A stretch of DNA of 64,000 nt, taken from IMG/VR virus record IMGVR_UViG_3300032285_002884; one strand, written 5' to 3'. The notes beneath the pieces were generated by a model, which was not told the DNA's origin, did not search any database, and saw only the letters and a list, made by a program, of their open reading frames with translations. The DNA comes from a virus. Of the stretch, positions 25,938-35,271 are shown piece after piece. Numbering within the stretch: the stretch's first letter is position 1; every line of letters starts with the position of its first letter. Made by a program: the position numbers and the translations under genes.

Positions 25938-26360
25938 ATGGAACCGTCACTGGGAACTCTAGACATAGTTAATCCACGCCTCGACAGAATGGAGAGCGTA
26001 CTCGAGCGACTCAGTGAAGTCTCTGTAGACATCAAGCAGCTGCTTGCAGTACACGAGCAGCGTCTCGGCCAGCACGAGAAGTTTCATGACTACATCGATA
26101 ACCAGCTTGAGAAGAGAAAAGAAGACCTAGACTCAAAGATCGACGCAGTTTACGTTACAATGAAAAAACAAGACAACAGCGTCTTTGATGAGATCAAGAA
26201 GCTCCGAGAAGAGTCTCTCTCACAATATGATAAGATCAATGATAAGATCTCTCACATGGAGAAGTACATCTGGATCGCGATCGGCGGTACCGGATTCTTA
26301 TCATGGCTGATCGCGTACGGACTTCCTGGACTCTCTAAAATAATTGCCGTCGCACACTAA
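25938..26360 (+). CDS. coiled-coil protein with C-terminal TM
   Basis: LLAVHEQRL coiled coil plus hydrophobic C-terminus. Confidence 0.7.
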   Translation: MEPSLGTLDIVNPRLDRMESVLERLSEVSVDIKQLLAVHEQRLGQHEKFHDYIDNQLEKRKEDLDSKIDAVYVTMKKQDNSVFDEIKKLREESLSQYDKINDKISHMEKYIWIAIGGTGFLSWLIAYGLPGLSKIIAVAH

Positions 26361-26377
26361 ATAATTCACCTTTCCTA

Positions 26378-26405
26378 TTTACAAATATTCTAAACCGTGT
26401 ATAAT
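26378..26405 (+). promoter_or_regulatory. sigma70-type promoter TTTACA-16-TATAAT
   Basis: Near consensus, upstream of primase. Confidence 0.6.
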
Positions 26406-26437
26406 AGCTTTATGCACAGTAAAAAAGGATATTGTCG

Positions 26438-27469
26438 ATGAGTTGGCTTGAAGAGAAGTATATCGGGCTGATGTCCGGAAGGCTTAGGAACTTCAAGCGC
26501 AGGGGTCCAGGTCGGTACTCGTTCTCGTGTCCTATCTGCGGTGATTCTGAGTCTGACAAGCGCAAGGCCAGGGGCAACATCTATACCAAGCAGGGACGAC
26601 TCATGTTCCACTGCTTCAACTGCTCAGCCTCGACCAACGTACCCAACCTCATCAAGTCCATAGACGCGTCCCTCTACTCTGAGTACTCCATCGAGCGACT
26701 CAGGGAGGAGAAGTCACCTCAGCAGGTAGAGCTTGAGGAGTTCGTCATGAAGATGAAGACTCCGGTGTTCATGAGCTCTGGTCCGCTCAGGGGTCTCAAG
26801 AAGGTCAGCCAGCTGTCGCCCGACGACCCTATCAAGAAGTACGTCGACTCGCGCAGGATCCCAAACCCCTACCACGCCAAGATGTTCAAGTGCCCCAACT
26901 TCTTCGCTTGGGTCAACGAGGTCGTGCCTGGAAAGTTCGAGACCTCGGCGCTGACACACGACGAGACTCGACTACTCATCCCCTTCCTAGGTAAGGACAA
27001 GATGATGCACGCCTTTCAGGGCAGGTCACTCAGCGTCAAGAGCCGCACCAAGTACATCACCGTGGTTAACGACGAGACTCAGCCGAAGCTCTACGGCCTC
27101 GACGCGGTCGACCTAAGTAAGACGACGTACGTGATGGAGGGTCCAATTGATTCTATGTTTATCAATAATAGTATTGCTACTGCTGGCGGTGATCTTGTTT
27201 CTAGTCTCAGTCCTCTTAACTCCTCCAAGTCTTCCTTGGTAGTAGTCTACGACAACGAGCCGAGGTCGGTCGAGACGATCAAGAAGATCGACAAGGCCAT
27301 CATGCAGGGCTACAGCGTCTGCATCTGGCCGGACAACCTCGAGCACAAGGACGTCAACGACATGGTGATGGCGGGGTTGACATCTGAGTTCATTCAGTAT
27401 ATAATAGACCAGAACACTGTTCGGGACCTGCAGGCAAAGCTGGCGCTGCAGCGGTGGAGGAGGGCGTGA
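26438..27469 (+). CDS. gp61: DNA primase
   Basis: CPICGDS...HCFNC zinc finger; TOPRIM EGPIDS and DNEPR; KDVND. Confidence 0.96.
   Translation: MSWLEEKYIGLMSGRLRNFKRRGPGRYSFSCPICGDSESDKRKARGNIYTKQGRLMFHCFNCSASTNVPNLIKSIDASLYSEYSIERLREEKSPQQVELEEFVMKMKTPVFMSSGPLRGLKKVSQLSPDDPIKKYVDSRRIPNPYHAKMFKCPNFFAWVNEVVPGKFETSALTHDETRLLIPFLGKDKMMHAFQGRSLSVKSRTKYITVVNDETQPKLYGLDAVDLSKTTYVMEGPIDSMFINNSIATAGGDLVSSLSPLNSSKSSLVVVYDNEPRSVETIKKIDKAIMQGYSVCIWPDNLEHKDVNDMVMAGLTSEFIQYIIDQNTVRDLQAKLALQRWRRA
27377..27405 (+). promoter_or_regulatory. internal sigma70 promoter TTGACA-17-TATAAT
   Basis: Perfect consensus inside the primase 3' end. Confidence 0.75.
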
Positions 27470-27750
27470 TGCTTACTAAGCAAGAGATGGAAAATATATG
27501 GAACTACGAGCGTGTCGACTTCTTAAAGAACCTAGTTAAGAAGAAAAAGAACCACGTTAAGTACAGGGTTACCTTTATGCCTTACGAGCGCGTGTATCAC
27601 GATCCAATCGAAGTCGAGGTGTGGGCTAAAGACAGAGCATATGCGATAGACGAAGCAGTGATGGAAGGTGACATACACAATACTATGCGTGAGAAGTTCG
27701 GCGCAGATAAATGGTATGGATACGATACTAAAGTGGAGCAAGTAAGATGA
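27469..27750 (+). CDS. hypothetical protein
   Basis: GGAGG RBS; TGATG overlap. Confidence 0.7.
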   Translation: MLTKQEMENIWNYERVDFLKNLVKKKKNHVKYRVTFMPYERVYHDPIEVEVWAKDRAYAIDEAVMEGDIHNTMREKFGADKWYGYDTKVEQVR

Positions 27751-28409
27751 ATACAGCAAACATCATTGCAGTGACTAGGCCTACGAGCGGGCTGGACGTC
27801 GATGACTTCATCGCGTACATCGCTCGAGTATCAAACCCTTCTAACCAGAACAATAAAGAGACTGCGCAGAAACTCATTAAGTATCTCATGAAGAACAAGC
27901 ACTGGTCGCCGTTCGAGATGGTGCATGTAGTCATGGAGATCAATACCACTCGTGATATCGCTAGACAGATTCTACGCCACCGTTCATTCTCTTTCCAAGA
28001 GTTTAGCCAGAGATACGCGGATCCAACCCAAGACCTTGGATTCGTCACTCGTGAAGCCCGTCTCCAAGATACAAAGAACAGACAAAACTCAATCGAAGTT
28101 AAAGACGATCCAGAGCTCAAACACATGTGGAATGAGCGTCAAAAGATAGTAATTGAATATGCACAAAAGGAATATGATTGGGCTATTAAAAATGGAATCG
28201 CAAAAGAACAAGCTCGTTCAGTTCTTCCTGAAGGTCTTACTGTCTCTCGTCTTTATATGGCTGGTTCTCTTAGAAGTTGGATACACTACTGCGAGCTACG
28301 TATGGCTAGTGGCACGCAGAAAGAGCATCGAGAGATAGCCCTCGACGCTTGGTACAAGATCACAGAGGTATTTCCCTCGCTTAGGGACACACTAGACATC
28401 GGTAAATAA
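27747..28409 (+). CDS. thyX: flavin-dependent thymidylate synthase
   Basis: RHRSFSFQEFSQRY motif; HWSPFEM. Confidence 0.96.
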   Translation: MNTANIIAVTRPTSGLDVDDFIAYIARVSNPSNQNNKETAQKLIKYLMKNKHWSPFEMVHVVMEINTTRDIARQILRHRSFSFQEFSQRYADPTQDLGFVTREARLQDTKNRQNSIEVKDDPELKHMWNERQKIVIEYAQKEYDWAIKNGIAKEQARSVLPEGLTVSRLYMAGSLRSWIHYCELRMASGTQKEHREIALDAWYKITEVFPSLRDTLDIGK

Positions 28410-28419
28410 AGAGGAATAG

Positions 28420-30708
28420 ATGACAATAACAGTAACCAAGAGGGACGGATCTAAAGAGCCCCTTAACCTAGAGAAGTTTCATCGAGTAGTGAGCTGGGCC
28501 TGCGAGGACCTCAGCGGGGTCTCTGAGTCCGAGATCGAGCTTAGGTCCCAGATCCAATTCTACAGTGGCATCAAGACCTCTGACATCCAAGAGACGCTCA
28601 TCAAGGCAGCGGCTGACCTCATCAGCGACGAGGCACCCAACTACCAGTACGTAGCCGGCGCACTCATCAACTATCACCTGCGCAAGAACGTCTATGACAA
28701 GTATGAGCCGAACAACCTCAAGGACCACATCCGCTACGTGGTGTCCGAGGGCTACTACGACCCCGAGATCTTAGAGTGGTACACCGACGACGAGCTCTCA
28801 AAGCTCAACGACTTCATCGACCACGACCGTGACTTTGACTTGACCTACGCTGCTATGGAGCAGCTTCGCGGCAAGTACCTCGTCAAGAACAGAGTCACCG
28901 GTAAGTACTACGAGACTCCTCAGATGTCGTCGATGCTCATCGCGATGGTCCTGTTTCGTGAGTACCCAAAGGGTACCCGTCTCAAGTGGGTACGTGAGCT
29001 CTATGACTCGGTAAGCAAGTTTGAGATCTCACTACCGACCCCCATCATGGCTGGCCTCCGTACCCCGCAGAAGCAGTTCAGCTCTTGCGTGCTCATCGAG
29101 ACCGACGACTCTCTGGACTCGATCAATGCAACCGCTTCTTCTATCGTCAAGTACGTTTCTCAGAAAGCTGGCATCGGCATCGGTGCAGGTCGCATTCGCG
29201 CTGTTGGTAGTCCTATTCGTAATGGTGATGCGTCTCACACTGGCGTCATTCCGTTCTATAAGCACTTTCAGTCAGCAGTCAAGTCTTGCAGCCAAGGAGG
29301 CGTACGAGGTGGCGCGGCTACTCTGTACTATCCTGTATGGCATCTGGAAGTCGAGGACATCTTAGTACTCAAGAACAACAAGGGCACGGAGGACAATCGT
29401 GTACGACACCTCGACTATGGAGTCCAGTTTAACAAGGTTATGTACGAGCGCCTTCTTTCTGGGCTCAACATCACTCTTTTCAGCCCTAACGATGTACCAG
29501 ATCTATATGACGCCTTTTATATTGACAATGACAAGTTTCGAGAACTCTATGAAAAGTATGAGCGAAACCCAAAGATCAAGAAGAAGGTAATCTCGGCCAT
29601 CGACCTGTTCTCTGCTTTCATGCAGGAACGCAAGGACACCGGCCGTATCTACCTAATGAATGTCGACCACGCAAACGACCACGGCTCGTTCATCAAGGAG
29701 CTCGCACCGATTCGTCAGTCGAACCTCTGCTCAGAGATCGATCTCCCTACCAAGCCGCTCAAGGACCTCAACGATCCCGACGGCGAGATCTCGCTCTGCA
29801 CCCTAGCTGCCATCAACTGGGGCAAGATCCGTGTAGCAGCCGACTTCGAGCGTCCGTGCACCCTAGTCGTCCGCGCACTCGATGAGCTGCTCAGCTACCA
29901 AGACTATCCGGTCCTTGCGGCCAGAAACTCTACTATGGCTCGTCGCCCACTCGGCATCGGCATCATCAACCTCGCGTACTGGCTCGCCAAGAACGACTTC
30001 ACGTATCAGGGCATCAGCCAAGAGGGTCTCGCAAAGATCCATGAGTTCGCCGAGGCCTGGTCCTACTACCTCATCAGCGCGTCGATCGACCTAGCCGAGG
30101 AGAAGGGCGCGCCGAGTAAGTCAAACGAGACGAAGTACTCACAGGGAATCTTCCCGATCGACACCTATAAGCGAGAAGTCGACGAACTTGTAACTCCAGT
30201 TTACAACTTGGACTGGGAAGCCTTAAGAGAGAGGGCAAAGAAGTATGGCATCCGCAATTCCACGCTCATGGCACTCATGCCCGCGGAGACCTCCGCTCAG
30301 ATTTCAAACTCGACCAACGGGATTGAGCCTGCTAGGTCTCTGGTCACGGTTAAACAGAGCAAGGACGGAGTTCTCAAGCAGGTGGTACCCGATATCAGAA
30401 AGCTTAAGAAAAAGTACGATCTACTTTGGGACCAAGTATCCCCTGAGGGTTACCTTAAGATCGTCGCCGTCCTACAAAAGTTTATCGATCAAGGCATCTC
30501 GGTAAACACCTCTTACAACCCTAAGTTCTACGAGGGCGAGCAGATCCCAATGTCGACCATGCTCCAGCACATCTTGATGTTCTACAAGTACGGCGGCAAG
30601 CAGCTCTACTACTTCAACACCAACGACGGCGCCGGCGAGATCGACGTCAAGCCTGAGTTGGCCCTAGGTGAGATGGACGACGAGAACTGTGTGGCATGCG
30701 TGATCTAA
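28420..30708 (+). CDS. nrdA: ribonucleotide reductase class Ia alpha subunit
   Basis: ATP cone VTKRDG; FSSCV; SNLCSE; C-terminal CVAC. Confidence 0.97.
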   Translation: MTITVTKRDGSKEPLNLEKFHRVVSWACEDLSGVSESEIELRSQIQFYSGIKTSDIQETLIKAAADLISDEAPNYQYVAGALINYHLRKNVYDKYEPNNLKDHIRYVVSEGYYDPEILEWYTDDELSKLNDFIDHDRDFDLTYAAMEQLRGKYLVKNRVTGKYYETPQMSSMLIAMVLFREYPKGTRLKWVRELYDSVSKFEISLPTPIMAGLRTPQKQFSSCVLIETDDSLDSINATASSIVKYVSQKAGIGIGAGRIRAVGSPIRNGDASHTGVIPFYKHFQSAVKSCSQGGVRGGAATLYYPVWHLEVEDILVLKNNKGTEDNRVRHLDYGVQFNKVMYERLLSGLNITLFSPNDVPDLYDAFYIDNDKFRELYEKYERNPKIKKKVISAIDLFSAFMQERKDTGRIYLMNVDHANDHGSFIKELAPIRQSNLCSEIDLPTKPLKDLNDPDGEISLCTLAAINWGKIRVAADFERPCTLVVRALDELLSYQDYPVLAARNSTMARRPLGIGIINLAYWLAKNDFTYQGISQEGLAKIHEFAEAWSYYLISASIDLAEEKGAPSKSNETKYSQGIFPIDTYKREVDELVTPVYNLDWEALRERAKKYGIRNSTLMALMPAETSAQISNSTNGIEPARSLVTVKQSKDGVLKQVVPDIRKLKKKYDLLWDQVSPEGYLKIVAVLQKFIDQGISVNTSYNPKFYEGEQIPMSTMLQHILMFYKYGGKQLYYFNTNDGAGEIDVKPELALGEMDDENCVACVI

Positions 30709-30896
30709 CTATCAAGATTGCTAAATACGCAAGGTGGTCTAGTTTTGACTTGGCGATCCAGTTTAATCCAGTCCGTTGGTGGGTGGTTAGCTGGTTCGCT
30801 CAAGGCCCGACCGACATGGATCCGGGTAGTTACTGCTTAAGCATTAGGTTTATCATGTTCAGGTTAAACGTAATCTTAGACGACGGGAGCTACTAA
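30696..30896 (+). CDS. hypothetical protein
   Basis: ORF between nrdA and nrdB. Confidence 0.5.
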   Translation: MRDLTIKIAKYARWSSFDLAIQFNPVRWWVVSWFAQGPTDMDPGSYCLSIRFIMFRLNVILDDGSY

Positions 30897-31102
30897 TGAG
30901 CGATCATAAAGTTCTAGAAGAAGCTAACAACGTAATCTTTAGAAAGATGGAGATAGGAGACTACTGCATCGTGCACCTTAAAGAGTCGATGGAACCAAGG
31001 ATATATGACCAAGACTCTAAGACCCTCTACGTACCGCCAGAGGGATACATGAAGTTCGACAACGACAACTTTCAAAGAAGACGCAGGATCGCAGGGATTT
31101 AA
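30896..31102 (+). CDS. hypothetical protein
   Basis: GGGAG RBS; TAATG coupling. Confidence 0.6.
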   Translation: MSDHKVLEEANNVIFRKMEIGDYCIVHLKESMEPRIYDQDSKTLYVPPEGYMKFDNDNFQRRRRIAGI

Positions 31103-31104
31103 CT

Positions 31105-32190
31105 ATGAGTTTTTCAGTATTCGACGCAACTAACAAGAAGGACTCGACCAAGGTTCGAGCCTTCTTTGACAGCCCTCCAACAATCGCTCGTTATGATAAG
31201 CAGAAGTATCCGTTCCTCGAGAAGTTGACCGAGAAGCAGCTCGGCTTCTTCTGGAGGCCGGAAGAGATCGACGTGTTTCGTGACGGCAAGGACTTTAAGG
31301 CACTGACAGATCATGAGCAGCACATCTTCACTTCTAACCTTAAGCGACAGATCTTACTGGACAGCGTACAGGGTCGCGCTCCTACTGCAGCCTTCGGCCC
31401 AATTTGTAGTCTACCAGAACTAGAGAACTGGATCCTTACATGGGCGTTTAGTGAGTCCATCCACTCGCGCTCCTATACTCACATCATTAGAAACGTATAC
31501 GCTAACCCATCAGTCATCTTCGACGGTATGATGGACATGCAGGAGATCGTCGACTGTGCAGGCGACATCAGCGAGTGCTACGACCAGCTTATCTCCCTCA
31601 ACAACGACGAACTGGTCGGCGGTGGGTACGGACACAAGACAGTCTTGTGGAAGACTCTCATGTCGGTCAACATCCTTGAGGGCGTACGCTTCTACGTCAG
31701 CTTTGCCTGCTCGTGGGCGTTCGCTGAGGTCAAGAAGATGGAGGGCAACGCTAAGATCATCAAGCTGATCGCTCGCGACGAGAATCTCCACCTTGCTGGA
31801 ACCCAGCAGCTGCTCAAGGTACTGCCTACAGACGACCCCGACTTCGCTAAGATCCGCGAGGAGACCAAGGAAGAGTGCATCAATATGTTCATCTCCGCGG
31901 TCGATCAGGAGAAGGCATGGGCTCGCTACCTCTTCAAGGACGGGTCGATGATCGGTCTAAACGAGAAGCTACTGAGTGAATATATAGAGTGGATCGCACA
32001 CAAGAGGATGACCGCCGTGGGACTGCCTTGCCCCTACAAGGTAAATGCCAACCCACTCCCATGGACACAGAAGTGGATCAGCGGATCAGACGTTCAGGTT
32101 GCGCCACAAGAAACTGAGATTACCAGCTACATCGGTGGCGGTGTTAAGAAGGATGTAAACAATGATACTTTCAAGGGCTTTTCTCTATAG
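31105..32190 (+). CDS. nrdB: ribonucleotide reductase class Ia beta subunit
   Basis: FFWRPEE, ESIHSRSY (radical Tyr), RDENLH and APQETE motifs. Confidence 0.97.
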   Translation: MSFSVFDATNKKDSTKVRAFFDSPPTIARYDKQKYPFLEKLTEKQLGFFWRPEEIDVFRDGKDFKALTDHEQHIFTSNLKRQILLDSVQGRAPTAAFGPICSLPELENWILTWAFSESIHSRSYTHIIRNVYANPSVIFDGMMDMQEIVDCAGDISECYDQLISLNNDELVGGGYGHKTVLWKTLMSVNILEGVRFYVSFACSWAFAEVKKMEGNAKIIKLIARDENLHLAGTQQLLKVLPTDDPDFAKIREETKEECINMFISAVDQEKAWARYLFKDGSMIGLNEKLLSEYIEWIAHKRMTAVGLPCPYKVNANPLPWTQKWISGSDVQVAPQETEITSYIGGGVKKDVNNDTFKGFSL

Positions 32191-32638
32191 TCTAGTACTC
32201 GTAGTCGGGGCTATGGGATCTACGGCGTTTGCCGGAGACCTCCCACAGACTCCTGATTCTAAGCTGACTCCGGGCGCAGTAAATCCGGCTGCGACCAAGG
32301 AGATGATCTGCGTTCCTGGATATACTTCCCAGCCGGGGGTTCGCAACGTCCCTGAGTCTCTCAAGAAGCAGGTGTTCGCCGAGTACCGCATCGACTCGAC
32401 GTCCGATAAGTTCGAGATCGACCACCTGATCTCGCTCGAGCTCGGCGGCGCCAACGACATCAAGAACCTATGGCCTCAGTCATACACGACTACTCCGTAC
32501 AATGCACACATCAAGGACGCTTTAGAGAACAAGCTTCACAAGATGATCTGCGACGGTAAGATCGACATCAAGAAAGCTCAGCAGGAGATCGCTAGGGACT
32601 GGGTCGCTGCTTATAAGAAATACGTGGAGGCAAAGTAA
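32162..32638 (+). CDS. secreted His-Me finger (HNH-like) protein
   Basis: Signal peptide ...STAFA|G; EIDHLISLELGGANDIKNLWPQ. Confidence 0.75.
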   Translation: MILSRAFLYSLVLVVGAMGSTAFAGDLPQTPDSKLTPGAVNPAATKEMICVPGYTSQPGVRNVPESLKKQVFAEYRIDSTSDKFEIDHLISLELGGANDIKNLWPQSYTTTPYNAHIKDALENKLHKMICDGKIDIKKAQQEIARDWVAAYKKYVEAK

Positions 32639-32907
32639 TGGGGTGGCATGACAGGTTTCTTATAGACCTAGTAGAGGCTATAAAGTTAAACGTATCTGAA
32701 CACGGCGAGAGACGTCCTCTATACGATGAACTGATCAGCCTTATAAACAACAGCGATATCGATCTAGACTTAAAGTCCGCAAAGAAGATCGACAAAGTCT
32801 ACGACATCGCGTACAGTGAGTCGCTCGATGAGGTAGACGATGACGTCACACCTTATATTGAAGATGAGGACGACGGTTGGGACGATCAGGACCGCGATAG
32901 GTTCTAA
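32638..32907 (+). CDS. acidic hypothetical protein
   Basis: GGAGG RBS; TAATG coupling. Confidence 0.65.
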   Translation: MGWHDRFLIDLVEAIKLNVSEHGERRPLYDELISLINNSDIDLDLKSAKKIDKVYDIAYSESLDEVDDDVTPYIEDEDDGWDDQDRDRF

Positions 32908-32934
32908 TAAATAGTGGGAGGGAGTCCCACTATG
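32906..32934 (+). promoter_or_regulatory. late promoter plus SD/ATG-masking hairpin
   Basis: ATAAATA at 32907; ATAGTGGGA-GGGAG-TCCCACTAT 9-bp stem. Confidence 0.7.
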
Positions 32935-33342
32935 TCTTATGATAACCCATGGCTCTACTTCGGAGCACCGCTGACTACAGAGCTGACCGAGGACTATGTT
33001 GGATTCGTGTACGAGATCACGAACGTAGACTCGGGAAAGAAGTACATCGGAAAGAAGCTCTTCAAGTTCTCGAGATCAAAGCAGGTCAAGGGAAAGAAGA
33101 AGAGGTTCAAGATCGACTCCGACTGGAAAGACTACTACGGCTCGAACAACGAGCTAAAGGAAGACGTCGATAGTCTTGGCACAGATAAGTTCAAGAGAGT
33201 AGTCTTGAAGCTCTGTAAGACCAAGGGCGACTGCAACTACTGGGAAGCGAAGTACCAGTTTGACTACAGAGTCCTAGAGAGTGACCTGTACTATAATTCA
33301 TGGATCTCAGTCAAGGTTCACAAGTCACACGTGAAGATATAG
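32932..33342 (+). CDS. GIY-YIG endonuclease
   Basis: GFVYEIT...KYIGKK...YYGS...E..YQF...YN. Confidence 0.88.
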   Translation: MSYDNPWLYFGAPLTTELTEDYVGFVYEITNVDSGKKYIGKKLFKFSRSKQVKGKKKRFKIDSDWKDYYGSNNELKEDVDSLGTDKFKRVVLKLCKTKGDCNYWEAKYQFDYRVLESDLYYNSWISVKVHKSHVKI

Positions 33343-33353
33343 TTCTTTATGGG

Positions 33354-33382
33354 TTGACAAAAAATAAGATCCATGATAGATT
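33354..33382 (+). promoter_or_regulatory. sigma70 promoter TTGACA-17-TAGATT for the tRNA unit
   Basis: Ends 8 nt before tRNA-Leu. Confidence 0.7.
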
Positions 33383-33390
33383 AGAGATAT

Positions 33391-33467
33391 GCCCACGTAA
33401 CCCAATAGGCAGAGGTACAAGACTTAAAATTTTGGAAGTGTGGGTTCGACCCCCACCGTGGGCACCA
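33391..33467 (+). tRNA. tRNA-Leu(UAA), short variable loop
   Basis: GCCCACG/CGTGGGC acceptor; CAAGA-CTTAAAA-TTTTG; TTCGA loop; encoded CCA. Confidence 0.9.
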
Positions 33468-33484
33468 ACTTTGGAGAGTATACA

Positions 33485-33802
33485 ATGAAAGACTTCTTTA
33501 GTGCGGTCGGAGCGTTCATCGTGTTTGTCGCTGTGATCATGTTATTCAGCCTCCTCAGCTACGAGGGTTATAAGTTCTTTGCTCCTCGCTACGAGCAAGT
33601 CCGCTACGACACCTTCAAGCAGAGTCAGGCATACAACGACGGGATGCTCCGTGACCTCTACGACCTGCAGCGTGAGTACAACTCTGCCGACGCCGAACAC
33701 AAGGGCGCCATGAAGGCACTCATCATTCATCGCTTCGAGATCTTTGACAAGAACCGCTTGCCGGCAGATCTTCAGACCTTCTACTTCTCAGTCGCAAACT
33801 AA
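33485..33802 (+). CDS. single-pass membrane protein
   Basis: GGAG RBS; N-terminal TM. Confidence 0.75.
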   Translation: MKDFFSAVGAFIVFVAVIMLFSLLSYEGYKFFAPRYEQVRYDTFKQSQAYNDGMLRDLYDLQREYNSADAEHKGAMKALIIHRFEIFDKNRLPADLQTFYFSVAN

Positions 33803-33813
33803 CAGGTGAAACT

Positions 33814-34314
33814 ATGAATAAGTATATCATGATCGGCATCATGTCTCTCGGCCTCGCGGGATGTGAGCCTCCAGGTCCATCTTCTGACCAAGTACAGCGT
33901 CAGGCACAGGAAGCACTCTCTCAGCAGAGCAACATGTCGGTGGGAATGCCCGCCATCACGAAGTTCGCCGAGAAGCGTATCCTCAAGGACATCCTCGAGC
34001 TTCGTGACAAGATGCTTCCTACATACACCTACCTTGCGGGTGACATGAACGGAAACATTGGTGAGAAGGTATGCGACAGCCTCGGTTACGGCATCTCGTC
34101 TGCTACTCAGTACACCAACCCACAGAAGATCGTAGACCGCTCTCAAGCTGGCTACGCTATCCTGCCTCAGGCAGATCCAAATGGACTGTTTAGCCCAGCA
34201 TCGGCTGAGGGCACTTGGATCCTCTGCAAGGTTCCTGGATCTGACAAGGTAGAGCCGCAGTACATCGAGCCCCGTATCATCGTGCTGACCTACCCAAAAG
34301 AGGCACGGAAATAA
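33814..34314 (+). CDS. lipoprotein
   Basis: Lipobox LAGC; QADPNGLF motif. Confidence 0.8.
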   Translation: MNKYIMIGIMSLGLAGCEPPGPSSDQVQRQAQEALSQQSNMSVGMPAITKFAEKRILKDILELRDKMLPTYTYLAGDMNGNIGEKVCDSLGYGISSATQYTNPQKIVDRSQAGYAILPQADPNGLFSPASAEGTWILCKVPGSDKVEPQYIEPRIIVLTYPKEARK

Positions 34315-34321
34315 GTAATAG

Positions 34322-34396
34322 GGACCTGTAGCTTAAAGGTGAAGCCGGCCGCTCATAACGGTCTGAGTGTAGGTTCGAGTCCTACTGGGTCCACCA
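34322..34396 (+). tRNA. tRNA(CAU), most likely Ile2 (lysidine substrate)
   Basis: GGACCTG/TGGGTCC acceptor with C4-G69 and C5-G68; GGCCG-CTCATAA-CGGTC; no initiator features. Confidence 0.85.
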
Positions 34397-34411
34397 AACA
34401 AGGAAGATCAG

Positions 34412-34612
34412 ATGTGGTTTGAACAGTTTATCGGCGACTTCTACAACGCTGCAGCGGACAAGCTGCAGCATGAGGCCGGCAAGCGAGGCCTTACCATCAA
34501 TCTGATCTTCGACAACTATCACAGCATCAAGTACGAAGAGGCTGAGAACCATGCCAAGCTCAACGTCTTCATCGACTTCATAACCTATAAGATCTACAGG
34601 ATAGAAGAATGA
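34412..34612 (+). CDS. hypothetical protein
   Basis: AAGGA RBS. Confidence 0.6.
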   Translation: MWFEQFIGDFYNAAADKLQHEAGKRGLTINLIFDNYHSIKYEEAENHAKLNVFIDFITYKIYRIEE

Positions 34613-34812
34613 TTTTCGGAACCTACAGCGATCTTGAGATTCTGGTAATGAGAGACATGGAGGAGCTAGGCTTTGATCCTCACAACAGCTACAGCGTCGA
34701 GATGTATTGGGAATATAAACTAGGAGAATACGAAGATGATAGAGATCTACAGTCGGGATGGGTGTCAGTACTGCAAGATGGCAGCGGAGCTGCTGAAGCA
34801 GAAGAACATTGA
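34609..34812 (+). CDS. hypothetical protein
   Basis: ATGA overlap. Confidence 0.55.
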   Translation: MIFGTYSDLEILVMRDMEELGFDPHNSYSVEMYWEYKLGEYEDDRDLQSGWVSVLQDGSGAAEAEEH

Positions 34813-34993
34813 CTTCCTTGAACATAAGCTCGACGTGAACTTTACTCGCGAATATCTGCTTGAGAAGTTTCCGTCAGCCAAGACTTTTCCGGTCATCGTG
34901 GTCGACGGGTACAACATCGGCGGCTACAGCCAGCTCACCGAGCACCTAAAGAGCACTGAGACTAACCAGCAACTGTTGAACGAAGGAATTTAA
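34736..34993 (+). CDS. nrdC: glutaredoxin
   Basis: CQYC, TFPVI and IGGY motifs. Confidence 0.92.
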   Translation: MIEIYSRDGCQYCKMAAELLKQKNIDFLEHKLDVNFTREYLLEKFPSAKTFPVIVVDGYNIGGYSQLTEHLKSTETNQQLLNEGI

Positions 34994-35271
34994 TGATGGA
35001 AGGATTAACTGCCGAGGGCCGCACCAACCTGCTCGTCGACCTCAAGCGCGGCGTGGTAGAGGTTCACTTTACAAAGGTAGACGGCTCAAATCGCGTAATG
35101 CGATGCACGCTGATGCCAGACTTACTTCCGCCTAACCACAACGTCAACGAGGAGAAAGAGTTCCATACAAAGAACCCGGACGTCCTCGCCGTATGGGATA
35201 CTCAGAAGGGTGGCTGGCGCTCGTTCCGTATCGATACCGTGCAGTATGTTCAGTTCTTGGACAACTACTGA
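34993..35271 (+). CDS. WYL-like/SH3 beta-barrel protein
   Basis: FTKVDGSNRVMRCTL...WD..KGGWRSFR. Confidence 0.8.
   Translation: MMEGLTAEGRTNLLVDLKRGVVEVHFTKVDGSNRVMRCTLMPDLLPPNHNVNEEKEFHTKNPDVLAVWDTQKGGWRSFRIDTVQYVQFLDNY

Noticed and set aside
26412-26441. 9-codon leaderless uORF ATGA-coupled to primase
   Set aside because: Primase has an adequate AAGGA SD; an ORF this short is expected by chance
7639-32190. Introns or inteins in gp43, gp41, uvsX, primase, thyX, nrdA and nrdB
   Set aside because: All are uninterrupted and of normal length; the two ORFs between nrdA and nrdB lack homing-nuclease motifs
34322-34396. Calling the CAU tRNA Met or fMet
   Set aside because: Paired G1-C72, no three consecutive G-C pairs at the loop-proximal end of the anticodon stem, and TilS-type C4/C5 acceptor pairs favour Ile2
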